19,828 bases of DNA from Prasinococcaceae sp. CCMP 1430 (taxonomy: Eukaryota; Plantae; Prasinodermophyta). Below, piece by piece: positions 1 through 10,146 of the stretch. Each line of letters starts with the position of its first letter. The first letter of the stretch is position 1. Position numbers and translations under genes: made by a program. Under the pieces are notes generated by a model. That model was not told where the DNA came from, searched no databases, and saw only the letters and a program-made list of their open reading frames with translations. The stretch lies in NCBI GenBank assembly GCA_013416795.1, contig RQSC01000653.1, forward strand, positions 2,558-22,385, given 5' to 3'.

Positions 1-244
1 CCCCCCCCGGCGCGCGCGCCAATCCTAATTCGTAACGGACCGACCTTAATTTCTCCCCCGCGACCTTATGAGCGCTCCGAGTTGGGCGCTCGCTGCGCTC
101 GCTGTGGTAATCTTCAGGGCACGAATTCCGGCGCGCACGGCTCCTCTATCAGCGGCTAGTCGCTGGTGGGTTTTGGCGCGGCGCGGCGCTTTCACCTGCG
201 AGCAGTGGCTCTCAACAGCGCGCTACGCAAATTCCAACGCTAAA

Positions 245-293
245 GGGTTTAGGGTTTAGGGTTTAGGGTTTAGGGTTTAGGGTTTAGGGTTTA
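245..293 (+). repeat. Interstitial plant-type telomeric repeat, (GGGTTTA)x7
   Basis: Seven perfect GGGTTTA units at 245-293 (six full TTTAGGG at 248-289), preceded by TAAA and flanked by non-telomeric sequence on both sides. Confidence 0.95.
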
Positions 294-523
294 CCACGGT
301 CTGCGCCGCTCGCGCCGCGCGCCGCCGCGCCCCGCCGGGGAGGAGCCGAGTCTGGCGGAGGGATCGCCCCATTGATTTTGATGCGTTCGCGCGCGCGCGC
401 CCCGCGGATCACCACCCCCCACACCTACCCTTTCGTCATAACGGGCACCCCCCGCGAACGGCGGCTCTCCGAGGCGCACGGATGAACAGGAAACAGTTGA
501 ACACACGCGCAGCACACGCGCCC

Positions 524-586
524 GCGTTCCTCGCGGACGACAGTAGGGGGCGTTCCTCGCGGGCGCGCGCGCGTTCCTCGCGGGCG
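524..586. repeat. Three copies of 13-bp GCGTTCCTCGCGG
   Basis: Exact copies at 524-536, 550-562 and 571-583. Copies 2 and 3 extend to GCGTTCCTCGCGGGCG. Confidence 0.8.
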
Positions 587-1003
587 TTGAAACATCTCGC
601 GCGCGCGGGCGCCACGGCGCGCGCCGCGCGAGCGACCGGCCTCGGATCGCGCGGAGCCGCCGGCCGAAAGCCGGGCGCCGCCGCGGACCTTTGATAGTGT
701 TTTGATATCGTCTTCCGGGGGCACGCGCGCGCCGAAAGAAGGGCGTTGTCCCGCGCGTTCCCTGCGCGCGCGCTCCGCACAGGAGCGCGCGGCGAAGACG
801 CGGCCGCTGTCTGATGCGGGGGGGGGGGGAGAGGAGGGGAGGCGCTAAGCCACAGCCGCGTGCGAGGAGTGTGCCACAACGCCGCCTCGAGCGGAGTGGA
901 GCCGCTCCGGCGGCTCCGTCCCGCTCATCCCTCCCTCTCTCTGCCGCCCGGCGACACAATCCGCCTTGCGCGCACGGCACCCACGCCGAGGGTGGCCGAG
1001 AGC

Positions 1004-4000
1004 ATGCGCTCGCTCACCGCAGCCCTTGCCCTGTGTGTACTCACTGGCTGGGGGGTGCGTGCCGCTAATGCGGTGTGCACCACGGGTGGCTGCCAGGTAC
1101 GGTGTTGGCGCGTGTTACGTGTGCTGACTGAGGGCGCGTGTAGCTGCCGCTCCGGCCTTGGTGTGTTCATCCTCGCTGCGTGGCGTGCACACTCTCTGCG
1201 TGCCACCTGCGGAGTGTGTTTGAAGTGCCCCGATGTGCAGCTGTAGGGCGTGCGTGACTGCCACAGCTACCGGCACCCCCCTGCCCCTTTGCACGATCGA
1301 TCGCGCGTGCGTGTGCAAAGTCGCTGCTGACGCTTCATGCCATCGCACACGTGGACTGCGAAGTGCACGACCTCTTGCGGAATCTCCGTGTTTCACTGGA
1401 CTGATTGGTGCAAGACAAGCAGTAGCTGCAGCTCCGCAGAATATCATGACCCATGGTTTGCGACTCGTATTACTGGGATGAATGTGATTCCTACTACTGC
1501 CCCGCCGCCGCCGACGACGACGACGGCGACGACGGCTACTGCGCCTCCGGTTGTCCGGAGGGGTGGATAGACGACGGCATGTGCGACAGTGCTTGCGACA
1601 ACGCCGCTTGCAACTACGACGGCCAGGACTGCATGTGCGCCTCCGGTTGTTACGACCATTGGATCAACGACGGCATGTGCGACAGCGCGTGCAACAACGC
1701 CGCTTGCAACTACGACGGCAGTGACTGCGACAACGACAACGACAACGACTACGACTACGACTACGACTACGACTACGACTACGACTACGACTACGACTAC
1801 GCGAGCCCTCCTCCGCCTCGACCCCCACCGCCTTCACTTCCACCGCCCTCACCCCCATCGCCGCCGCCACCCGGCTGTGCCCCGTCGTGCCTTCACTCCA
1901 TGCTCGACGACGACACCTTGCACGCCGAGTGCAACAACCCGGCGTGCTGCCACGACGGCGGCGCCATCGTCGCCCACATGCTCTCCGCCCTCGCCTCTGC
2001 CATCGTCGGGGCCATGCAACTCGGCCCGGGCGTGACCTACCACGGCGATGCCGCGGCCGCCCTCGAGCCCGTGTGCGAGGGCGTGCGCGACGCGGGCGGC
2101 TCTCTCACAGGCGCCGACGACCCCGACCAGGCGATGCTGCGCGAGATGGCGTGCGGCATGCGGGCCAACGCCCTCACCGAGGGCGTTGGCCTCTTTGGCG
2201 TCGCCGAAGACTTCGTCACCCCGCTCGATTGGGCGGCGTACGAGCCGCTGCTCGACGGCTACGTGGCCGAGCTGGCCGCCTACGAGGCGGACCTGGCCGT
2301 CGCGGAGACGCAGCTTTTGGTCTTGCAGCAGGGCCAACAGCTTAGCGACGAGCTCGATGCGCTCGGTGAGCGCATGGACGCCAACTTCGACGCCCTCGAG
2401 GCGCGCGTGGACGAGGTGAGCGAGCAGGTGGAGGCCGCGCGTGACGATGTTGCAACAAACCACCGCCTGCTGCTCTCCACGCGCGCGCTGGTGGAGACGA
2501 CGTACGACGCCGTCATCTCGGAGGCCAAGACGACGCGCGACATAATCCTGGACGACCTTGACGACATCGCGCAGCAGGTTGGCCGCGTCCAGGCCGACCT
2601 GGCGACCATCGAACGCAAGGCGCAGAGCGCCGACGGCTGGGACGCCGACGGCGATGATCGCGTCTCAGCGCGCGAGGCGGGTGACTTCCTGGCCGAGATG
2701 CAGCTGATGGCGGGCCGCGGCAGGGAGCTGTGGGGCACACTGACTGACGAGGGGGTGAGTGGCTTCCGGGCTGCCCTGAGCGCCGCGGGCATCAACGTCC
2801 CGACGTCTCTGCGGAGTCTGCAAGCCGCGCCGTCGGTCGCAGCCGCCGCCCGCGACGCGCTCGAGCTGCTGCGGGACCAGGGCCTGCTCGAGGCCGAGGG
2901 CGCGGCGATCATCTCTGGCGTCGCTTTCGACACGACTTCGTGGACCAGCCTCCTCAACGACGCACGCAGCGAGCTTGGTGACATCGGCGACTGGGTCGCC
3001 GCCAAGGTGGAGCGCCTCCAGGCCGCCATGGCCGCAGGGGCCGCGGAGGACATCGGCGTGCTGGTTGAGACTGGCTCGGCTGTTGCCAAGGCGGCCAAGA
3101 GCTGCGGTCAACTTGCCTCGGTCATTTCGGGCAACTTTGCCGGACTGCTGAGCGCTGGCTCGTGCGCGTCGTCGGCCGTCGGCGCTGCGCGTTCGGTCTT
3201 CGAAAATGGCAACGAAATCGTCGATGCTGTCAAGAGCGTAGGGAGCACCGTGGGCCGCGCGACCCGCTCCGTCGCCAGCTTCGTCGGCGGCCTCTTTGGC
3301 CATCGCCATCACCGTCACAGGCGGGCGCTGCTCGCGCTCGGTTCGAACGAGACGACCCTGGCGAATCTCGAGCGTGCGCTGAACGCTTACACCAACGTCA
3401 TCATGATGTCCGTCGACGAAGAGCTCGGGGCGGAGCCCAACGCCTCGGCCCCGCTGACCTTTGATTTCGACGCCGATGCCGCGGTGGAGCGCCTCGTTGC
3501 GCGCACCGGCGAAGACGCCCGCGGGGCGATCGAGCTGAGCGTTCGCGCCGCCGCGCAGGCGTCAGCTGCGCGCGCGGCCTGGCAGAGCAGCGCGCTTCGG
3601 GCGTCGACGCTGAGCGCGATGGAGGAACTGGGCCGCATTCGCGCTCGTGCGAGCGCCACCGCTGACGAGTGCGTCCCCGAGGGCGCCATCGGAGAGGCGT
3701 CCAACGCCGCCCGCCCGAGCCAATTGCCGCGCGAGCGGCTCATGGCCTACGCCGCCACGCGCTACATCCCGGGCCTTCGCCAGCAGATCGACCAGACGCG
3801 CTTCCTCGCGCTCGACGCGCTCCACACGTACACGCGGCAGTTCCGCTACACCTTCCTGCGCGCGTCGGGCGTGGAGTCGACGCTCTCGCTGGAGCTTGAC
3901 TCGGCGCAGCTGCAGTCCATTCTGAACACCATGCAGGCCGAGGCGCTGAGCGATCTGGCGGAAAGCGGCAGGCCACCGCAGCGCACGACGGTGTCTCTGT

Positions 4001-4995
4001 CGATCGGCGCCTCTGACGTCGTGGCCACCGCCGAGGGCCTGGAGGTGTACGTGCCGCTGCCGCCGCGCGGCGGGTACTACTACGACGTTCGGGTGCGCGA
4101 CGTGATGGCGTTCGTCGACGGGATCGCCGACGGGGAGGGCGGCGACACTTCGCTCACGTTGTCCATCGCCAAGGGCGCGTCGTCGCGCATCATCGATGGC
4201 GACGGCGAGGTGCTGGCCTTCAGCCATGCGCCGCCGTTGCCCTACTCATTTACGTACGACCTTGAGACCTGCAGGCCACTCACCAACACGGTGCCCGACG
4301 CGACATTCATCCCGTACTCACCCTACGGCCTGTGGACGGTGGGCTTCCCCTCGCACGGCGGTGCGCTGAGCGCCTCGCAGCTAGCCACGGTGACTGCAGT
4401 GCGGCTGATTTTCGATGTCGAGTTCGCCACCGACCCTCGCGCGGCGCACACCAACTTTTTCGGCGTCGGCAGCGACGCAGAGGAGCTCGTGGACGCCGAG
4501 AATCCCGCACCGGAGGCGTGCATCACGCCAGCCTCCGCCGGCGGCTCGGGCGTGCCGCCGCCAATAGCACGACCCGACGGCAGCGGGGATTCTGGAGGTA
4601 GCGATGCGCCGACTGGCGACGAGTCATGCGCGCGGCACAAGGACTGCGGCTTGACGAGCTACTGCGACACGGCCATGAAGTGCTTCGCCTGCGAGCTGTG
4701 CTGCGCGTACGGCGATGCATACGACGGCGCGTGCCCTGCAACCTGCGGCTGCGCCGCATCGAGCGGAGGCGGCAATGCGAAGGATAGGAAGAGCAAGAGC
4801 AAGAACAAAACCAAGAGCAAGAACAAGAGCAAGAGCAAGAGCAAGAAGAAGAGCAAGACGAAGGAGAAGAAGCTCTCAAAGAAACAAGTCAAGAAGCTCT
4901 GCAAGAAGGCAAAGAAGTCCAAGAAGAAGTGCAAAAAGGGCGACGCCAAGAAGAACTGCAAGTTCAGCAAGAAGAAGGGCTGCGCCCCCAAGTAG
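1004..4995 (+). CDS. Large secreted multidomain protein (LNR/Notch repeats, Pro-rich tract, coiled coil, EF-hand, C-terminal beta domain, Lys-rich tail). Exon 1 1004-1096, exon 2 from 1364; main open frame 1453-4995
   Basis: ATG at 1004 starts a signal-peptide-like MRSLTAALALCVLTGWGVRAANA. Donor CAG|GTACGG at 1097, branch GCTGAC at 1326-1331, first downstream AG at 1362-1363. The join gives GGCQ-CTTSCG...DWCKT, then a frame break near 1462 leads into the 1180-aa ORF. Two LNR repeats (CxxGC...WIxDGMCDSACxNAACNYDGxDC) plus a degenerate third; EF-hand-like loop DADGDDRVSARE at 2641-2676; stop TAG at 4993-4995. Confidence 0.85.
1097..1363 (+). other. Spliceosomal intron 1 of the secreted protein gene (267 nt, GT..AAG)
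   Basis: GTACGG donor, CTGAC branch point, first downstream AG. The phase-0 join restores a coherent Cys-rich motif. Confidence 0.65.
1540..1728 (+). repeat. Tandem duplication (96-nt period) encoding two LNR repeats
   Basis: Units 1540-1635 and 1636-1728 both begin TGCGCCTCCGGTTGT and share GACGGCATGTGCGACAG and AACGCCGCTTGCAACTACGACGGC. Confidence 0.9.
1729..1800 (+). repeat. Coding microsatellite (GACAAC)3(GACTAC)9 = (DN)3(DY)9
   Basis: Read directly from the sequence, in frame with the 1453-4995 ORF. Confidence 0.95.
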
Positions 4996-5262
4996 AGACG
5001 GGCCGGATGGCGGCTGCGATCGCCGCCCGCACGAACCAGACGAATCCGAACAACCCCGAGCATGAATCACCCGCCCGAACCATGCTCGCTGCTCCCTGGC
5101 TGGCTGGCGGGGTCCAGTGCGCGCAGGCATCCGCACAGAGCCATGGCATCCATTGTGATAGTCCGACCTGCCGATGGTCATTCATTACGTATGATAAATT
5201 GAAAAGGCGCAACCCCGCTGGCACCGCAAGCACGCGCGGTCACGATCGTCGCGCACATCGCC

Positions 5263-5333
5263 CACACGAACTTGATCGCTCAAACGAACTCGATCGCTCT
5301 CACGGACTTAGTGAGCGCTCACACGAACTTGCT
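5263..5333. repeat. Four degenerate 18-21 bp tandem units overlapping the PIP5K stop codon
   Basis: CACACGAACTTGATCGCT / CAAACGAACTCGATCGCT / CTCACGGACTTAGTGAGCGCT / CACACGAACTTGCT. Confidence 0.75.
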
Positions 5334-8125
5334 CCTCATGAATTCCTGGAAGCGCCTCGAGTACCTGACCGGGTCGACCGCCGAGATGGTCCTGCCGTCG
5401 TGGATGATGCTCTTGAAGACGTTCTCCGCCTGCTTCTGCGTGTTGTATTCCTCTGTTTGCGCGCAGGGGACGCGCGCGGCGAGCGAGCACGCGCGCGGGC
5501 CACACGCGTCAGCCAGCGCATCGCGCGGGAGGCACGAAGACGGGCCTCGCTCGCGCGTCGCTCGCGCCTCGCGCGACGGCGCACTGCACGCAGCCAGCCA
5601 GCCGCGAGAACGCACGCAGGAAGTCGATGACGCCGAAGTAGAGCACGCAGTCGCGCACGGCGGGGTCGTTGTCTTCGTCCCCCTCCTCGTCCCCCTCGTC
5701 GACCCCCGCCTCCGTGTCGCTGAAGGAGGAGACTGCGCCGCTGCCCAGGACGCGCCGCCGCCTGTTGCGCTGCGTCCGATGGTCCGGCGGCACGGCCACT
5801 GCGGCCATGTTGACCCCGAGCTCCACGCGCCCGTGGCCGAAGGCGTGCGCGAGGGCGTCGGTGCCGCCGTCCGCGCCGGGCAGCGGCCGCAGCGTGTGCG
5901 AGCGCTGCGGGCGCGCGGTCACCACCTTGACCAGCTCGTGCCGCGGCAGCGCCCGCGGGGCCGGGTCGACGCGGCGCGGGTCGACTCCGAGGTCGCGCCG
6001 GTGGTCGACCTCGAGCACGCGCTCCAGGGAGGAGGCGATCTCGCTGAGGGCGTCGCCGTTGCCCTGGGGCCCCGCCTCGCGCCCTTCGCCCCCCTCGGCC
6101 CCTTCGCCCCCCTCGCCCTGCTGCCTCGCCTCGGCTCCCCCGCCCCCCTCGCCGTTCGCGGCGTCCCTGTAGTGCACGCCGAGGAGCAGCGAGTAGTCCA
6201 TCACGCGGCACCGCTCCAGCAGGTGGCAGTCGTGCACCATCTGCCGCATGAGCTTCTCCCTCCACGTGGCCTCCATCTTGAACACGACGGGCAGGTCCAG
6301 GTCCTTCAGTATGGTCGTCGACTTCAGCTGCTTGTCGGGCGCCGTCAGCCGCCCCTGCGTCGAGCCCTTGAGGTCGTACCGGCGGTGGATGCGCAGGTCC
6401 GTGCAGAAGAGGTTGCCCATCACCACGAAGCGCACGTTCCGCCCGCCGCTCGGCTTGACGCGGTACATGCCCAGGAAGCGCGTGAGCAGAGTCTGCGGGT
6501 ACTTGCGCACGTGCGCGTGGTAGCGCGGCAGCATCTCCATGAGCAGCTTGCACTCGTGCTTGCGCATGGTCTTGATGATGAAGCGATCGTCGTCGCTGAT
6601 GAAGAAGACGCTGCCGCTCTTGCCGGGGGAGCCCATCTGGCTGAGCGCCTTGTCGCCGCACACGCTGAGCATGTAGTCGCCCGTGTCGACGCCGAAGAGC
6701 GCGCGCAGCTCCTGGAACACCGCCGGGCAGTAGTCCTTCCACTTGAAGTCGCCCGAGCTGTGCGGCGGGGTGGTGGGCCCGCCCGTCCGCGGGAAGGACA
6801 CCTTGACCTTGGCGCGGAAGTCCGAGCCGACCACCTCGGAGGGCGCGCCCCGCGCGGCGAGCCGCCCCACCGAGTGGCGGATACCCAGCTGCAGGTTCAC
6901 CATGAGCTCGTACGAGCGGTGGCCCTTGTACACGGTCTCGCCCAGCCGCTCGTTGCCGCTCAGGCTGGTATAGAGCATGCGCTTGCCCTTCTTGCGCCGC
7001 CGCCGCGGCAGGTTGCGCGGCAGCTCACGCAGCTGCTCGCTCACCACCACCCCCGCCGAGTACTCGCGCACCATGACGCAGCGCGGCGCCTCGGAGCCGC
7101 CGCCCCCCCCGCCCCCGCCCCCGCCCCCGCCGCCGCCGGACGCTCCTCACGCCGCCGTCGCTCGTCGCGCTGCCGTCGCTCCTCACGCCGCCGTCGCTCG
7201 TCATGCCGCCCGAGCCGTCCGCGTCCCCGGACCCGCCGCCGCCGCCCTGCCGCCGCCGCCGTCGCTGCTGCTGCTGCTCCTGCTGCTGCTGCTGTCCCTC
7301 CGCGCCGCCCGCGCCCCCCGCTGCCTGGCCCCGCGCGCTGCCGGCCGCAGCGGCGACGCTCCTCCCTTTGGCGAGCCTCTTGGCCCTGTTGGCGTCCTTG
7401 GACCGCTGCGCCTTGTTCGGCCCCACCCCCGCCGGGTAGAAGATGCCCCGGCCGTGCTTGACCCCGTCCCTCCACTCGCCGTCGTACACGGACGTGTCCG
7501 CCCACGTGAAGATGCCGTGGCCGTGCTCGTGCGAGTCGCGCCACTCGCCGTCGTACCTGTCGCCGTTGGCCCACACGAAGGTGCCGTGGCCGGACATCTC
7601 GCCGGCGTGCCACTCGCCCGAGTACTCCGAGCCGTCGGCCCACTGGTAGCGCCCGGGGCCGTCGCTCATGCCGTTTCGCCACAGGCCCTCGAACGTGTCG
7701 CCGTTCGGGTAGTCCTTGCGACCTGCGGCGCGCAGAGGCGGAGGGGGAGCAGGGGAGGTGTGTGTGTGTGTGTGGTAACGAGAGAGGGAGGTGCAGCCTT
7801 AGATCTGTCAGTGCTGCGCGCGCCTCGTCCCACGCGGCGCACGTCAAGCGAGCGCCGGCGCGCTCGCCGGCGCGCCGGCGCGCCGCGCCGCGGCTCGCAT
7901 CGCACCCAGCCCGTGCTTGACGTCCTTGACCCAGCTGCCCTCGTAGCGCGTCCCGTCGGGCGACGTGTGCGTGCCCACGCCCTGCATGCAGCCGTCCATC
8001 CACTCGCCGTCGTACGTGGCGCCGCTCCCCCACGCGTAGCGCCCGCGGCCGTGCTTCAGGCCGTGCAGCCACTCGCCCTCGTAGCTCGACCCGTCCGCCC
8101 ACACGTAGCGGCCGCTGCCGGACGG
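5319..8125 (-). CDS. PIP5K: MORN-repeat phosphatidylinositol-4-phosphate 5-kinase (plant subfamily B type), 5'-partial. Exons 8125-7906, 7722-5616 (frame discontinuity at ~7186-7090), 5452-5319
   Basis: Seven full plus one partial MORN repeats (YEGEW...KHGRG). Kinase motifs MVNLQLGIRHSVG, FKWKDYCPAVF, SPGKSGSVFFISDDDRFIIKT, YDLKGS, LKDLD, MDYSLLLGVH. Splicing out 5615-5453 restores IDFLQEY...ISAVDP.YS.RF. The first exon(s) probably lie in or beyond gap 8205-8395. Confidence 0.95.
5453..5615 (-). other. PIP5K last intron (163 nt, GTGCGT..ACAG)
   Basis: Phase-1 join C|AG restores the conserved IDxLQEY; GCTGAC branch point present. Confidence 0.9.
7723..7905 (-). other. PIP5K intron (183 nt, GTGCGA..CGCAG)
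   Basis: Join restores MORN continuity KHGLG-RKDYPNGDTFEGLW. Confidence 0.9.
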
Positions 8126-8204
8126 CTGCGGGAGCGCGAGCCGCGCGAGCCGCGCCCGCGGCGGATCGTCAGCGCTCGCGGGCTGACCCCGTCTGCGGCG
8201 GCCG

Positions 8205-8395
8205 NNNNNNNNNNNNNNNNNNNNNNNNNNNNNNNNNNNNNNNNNNNNNNNNNNNNNNNNNNNNNNNNNNNNNNNNNNNNNNNNNNNNNNNNNNNNNNNN
8301 NNNNNNNNNNNNNNNNNNNNNNNNNNNNNNNNNNNNNNNNNNNNNNNNNNNNNNNNNNNNNNNNNNNNNNNNNNNNNNNNNNNNNNNNNNNNNNN
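8205..8395. other. Assembly gap (191 N)
   Basis: Run of N. Confidence 0.99.
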
Positions 8396-8402
8396 GTAGA
8401 CT

Positions 8403-8427
8403 CACACACACACACACACACACACAT

Positions 8428-8462
<35 letters not shown>
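8403..8462. repeat. (CA)n microsatellite
   Basis: About 60 bp of CA with one TG interruption. Confidence 0.95.
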
Positions 8463-8465
<3 letters not shown>

Positions 8466-9460
8466 CACACACCCCACCCTCCCGCCCTGGCGTCCTCCGT
8501 GGCGCCCCTCTTCCCGGCCCCCCGCCCCCCGCTGGCCCTCTCCGCGCCCGCTCCCCGTCGGTGCCCTGCCTGCCGGTGTTGGCGCCGTGCCGGCCCTTGT
8601 TGATTGACCCAATTGGCGCCGCCGCGGTCGCGCGCGCGACCGCGACACCGTTCGCACCCCGCCACAAATCCCATCCAGTCCTTCCCCCGCCAACGAAACA
8701 GCCAACCGAACAGCCGGAGTCACATCATCCTAATAATAAAAGATGGGATTCCTGGCCGGAAACCCCCCATCTCTCGCTCGCTCGTAACACCCCTCCCACC
8801 TCTCGGCCCGCGCACATCTTCCATCATCATCCGGCGCTTCCTGCCTGTGTGCTCCAGCCGATCGACACAGCTCTCTGGCTGGTTTTTTGTGTTTCCCGTT
8901 TCCCCCCTTGAGCTCAAAATCTGTGTGTTCTCCTCCCTTCCCTCTTCCACGCCAGCCTCGTTCCCGCGCGAGCCTCTCTTCTGTTGTGTCTTTTCCCAAC
9001 GGGCGGATTTCGCCCCAGCCCTGGTCACAGCGTGCGTTGCCTTCGTTGGTATGAACGCATGCCGGAAAAAAAGGCGGCGGGCGGCAACTCAAACGGCCAG
9101 GGGGGGGGCGGCGCGCGCGGCGCGCAGGCAGGGACGGGGGAGGGGGGAGCGAAGTGTGTGTGTGTGTGTGTGCGTGGGGACAGGAGGGGCAAGGGGGCAC
9201 GGGGACAACGAAGGGTGGGAGGGGGGGGGCAAGGCGGAGCAACAACGGGAAAGAAGGGAGGGCGCGGGACGCCACACGCTGCCGCGCGCGCGCCGCACAC
9301 GTAGCCCGCCCGCCCGCGGCCGCACGCCGCGCTCTATCCCGCTCAAGGGAGACCGGCCCCTCCCCGCCCCCGAGCGCGCGCGCGAGCGCTCGCCCGCCCG
9401 TTCGCACTCTCGCCCGTTCGCCCGTTCGCCCGCGGCAGCGCCCCGCGCCGCTGCGCCGCC

Positions 9461-9993
9461 ATGGCGTCCACCATCGGCATGATGGACGAGGCGTACTTCG
9501 TCGGGCGCAACGAACTGCTCGCGTGGATCCGCTCGGTGACGGGCGTGGCGCTCGACAAGGTCGAGGAGGCGTGCACCGGCGCGGTCTACTGCCAGGTGAT
9601 CGAGGCGCTGCACCCCGGCACCATCAAGCTCGCGCAGGTCAAGACCAAGGCGCGCTCAGAGTACGACTACATCTGCAACTTCAAGCTGCTGCAGAAGGCC
9701 TTCGACAAGCTCAGGATCCAAAAGGTGCGCGCGAGAGAGAGAGCGGCCGCGCCGCGCGGAGGCGCCCGCACGGCCCGCGCAGCCCTCTGACCCTGGACCG
9801 CGCGCCGCGTCGGCCGCCCGCCCGCGAATTCCGCACGCTCGCCGGCCGCGCGAAGCGCATCGAGGTGGACCGGCTGATCAAGGGCAAGCCGCTGGACAAC
9901 ATCGAGTTCTGCCAGTGGTTCAAGCGCTACAGCGACACCGTCACCGGTGGCGGCGATGCCGTCGGCTCGGACGCCATAAAGGCGCAGGTCGCG
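9461..9993 (+). CDS. EB1: Microtubule end-binding protein EB1 (RP/EB family), CH domain. Exons 9461-9724 and 9856-9993; 3' part not found
   Basis: [22 protein letters not shown]...[13 protein letters not shown]...HPG...[19 protein letters not shown], spliced to [25 protein letters not shown], matches the plant/algal EB1 N-terminus. Intron 9725-9855 (GTGCGC..GCGAAG). Likely next donor GTGCGT at 9994. Confidence 0.92.
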
Positions 9994-10146
9994 GTGCGTG
10001 CAGCCCCCGCACTGGCCTGCGCCGTCCGCGCGCGTAACAGCCTCCTCCCCCCCCTCCCTTTCCCCCCCCGCCTCGGCGCCCTTCTCCCTCGAGCTGCTGA
10101 CGCCTCCCCCGGCCTCGGCGCGGTCGCGCCGCGGTGCCCCGCCTCG

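Noticed and set aside
245-293. Telomerase RNA template or true chromosome end
   Set aside because: A template spans only ~1.5 repeats, not 7. The tract is internal and oriented wrongly for a left end.
68-980. Short ORFs upstream of gene 1
   Set aside because: Arg/Ala-rich low-complexity translations of CG-rich intergenic DNA, with no motifs or codon bias.
1451-1464. Programmed -1 ribosomal frameshift
   Set aside because: No XXXYYYZ slippery site; an indel or alternative splicing is more parsimonious.
5263-5333. CRISPR-like array
   Set aside because: Eukaryotic context; units are contiguous and degenerate with no unique spacers or cas genes.
5272-7461. 729-aa + strand ORF and similar long ORFs (6977-8911, 5336-6742, 10978-12009, 13528-14298)
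   Set aside because: Antisense or off-frame shadows of real high-GC3 genes, with no recognisable motifs.
1097-9855. Introner-like repeated introns
   Set aside because: By eye the four defined introns share only splice and branch signals and general CG richness, not extended similarity.
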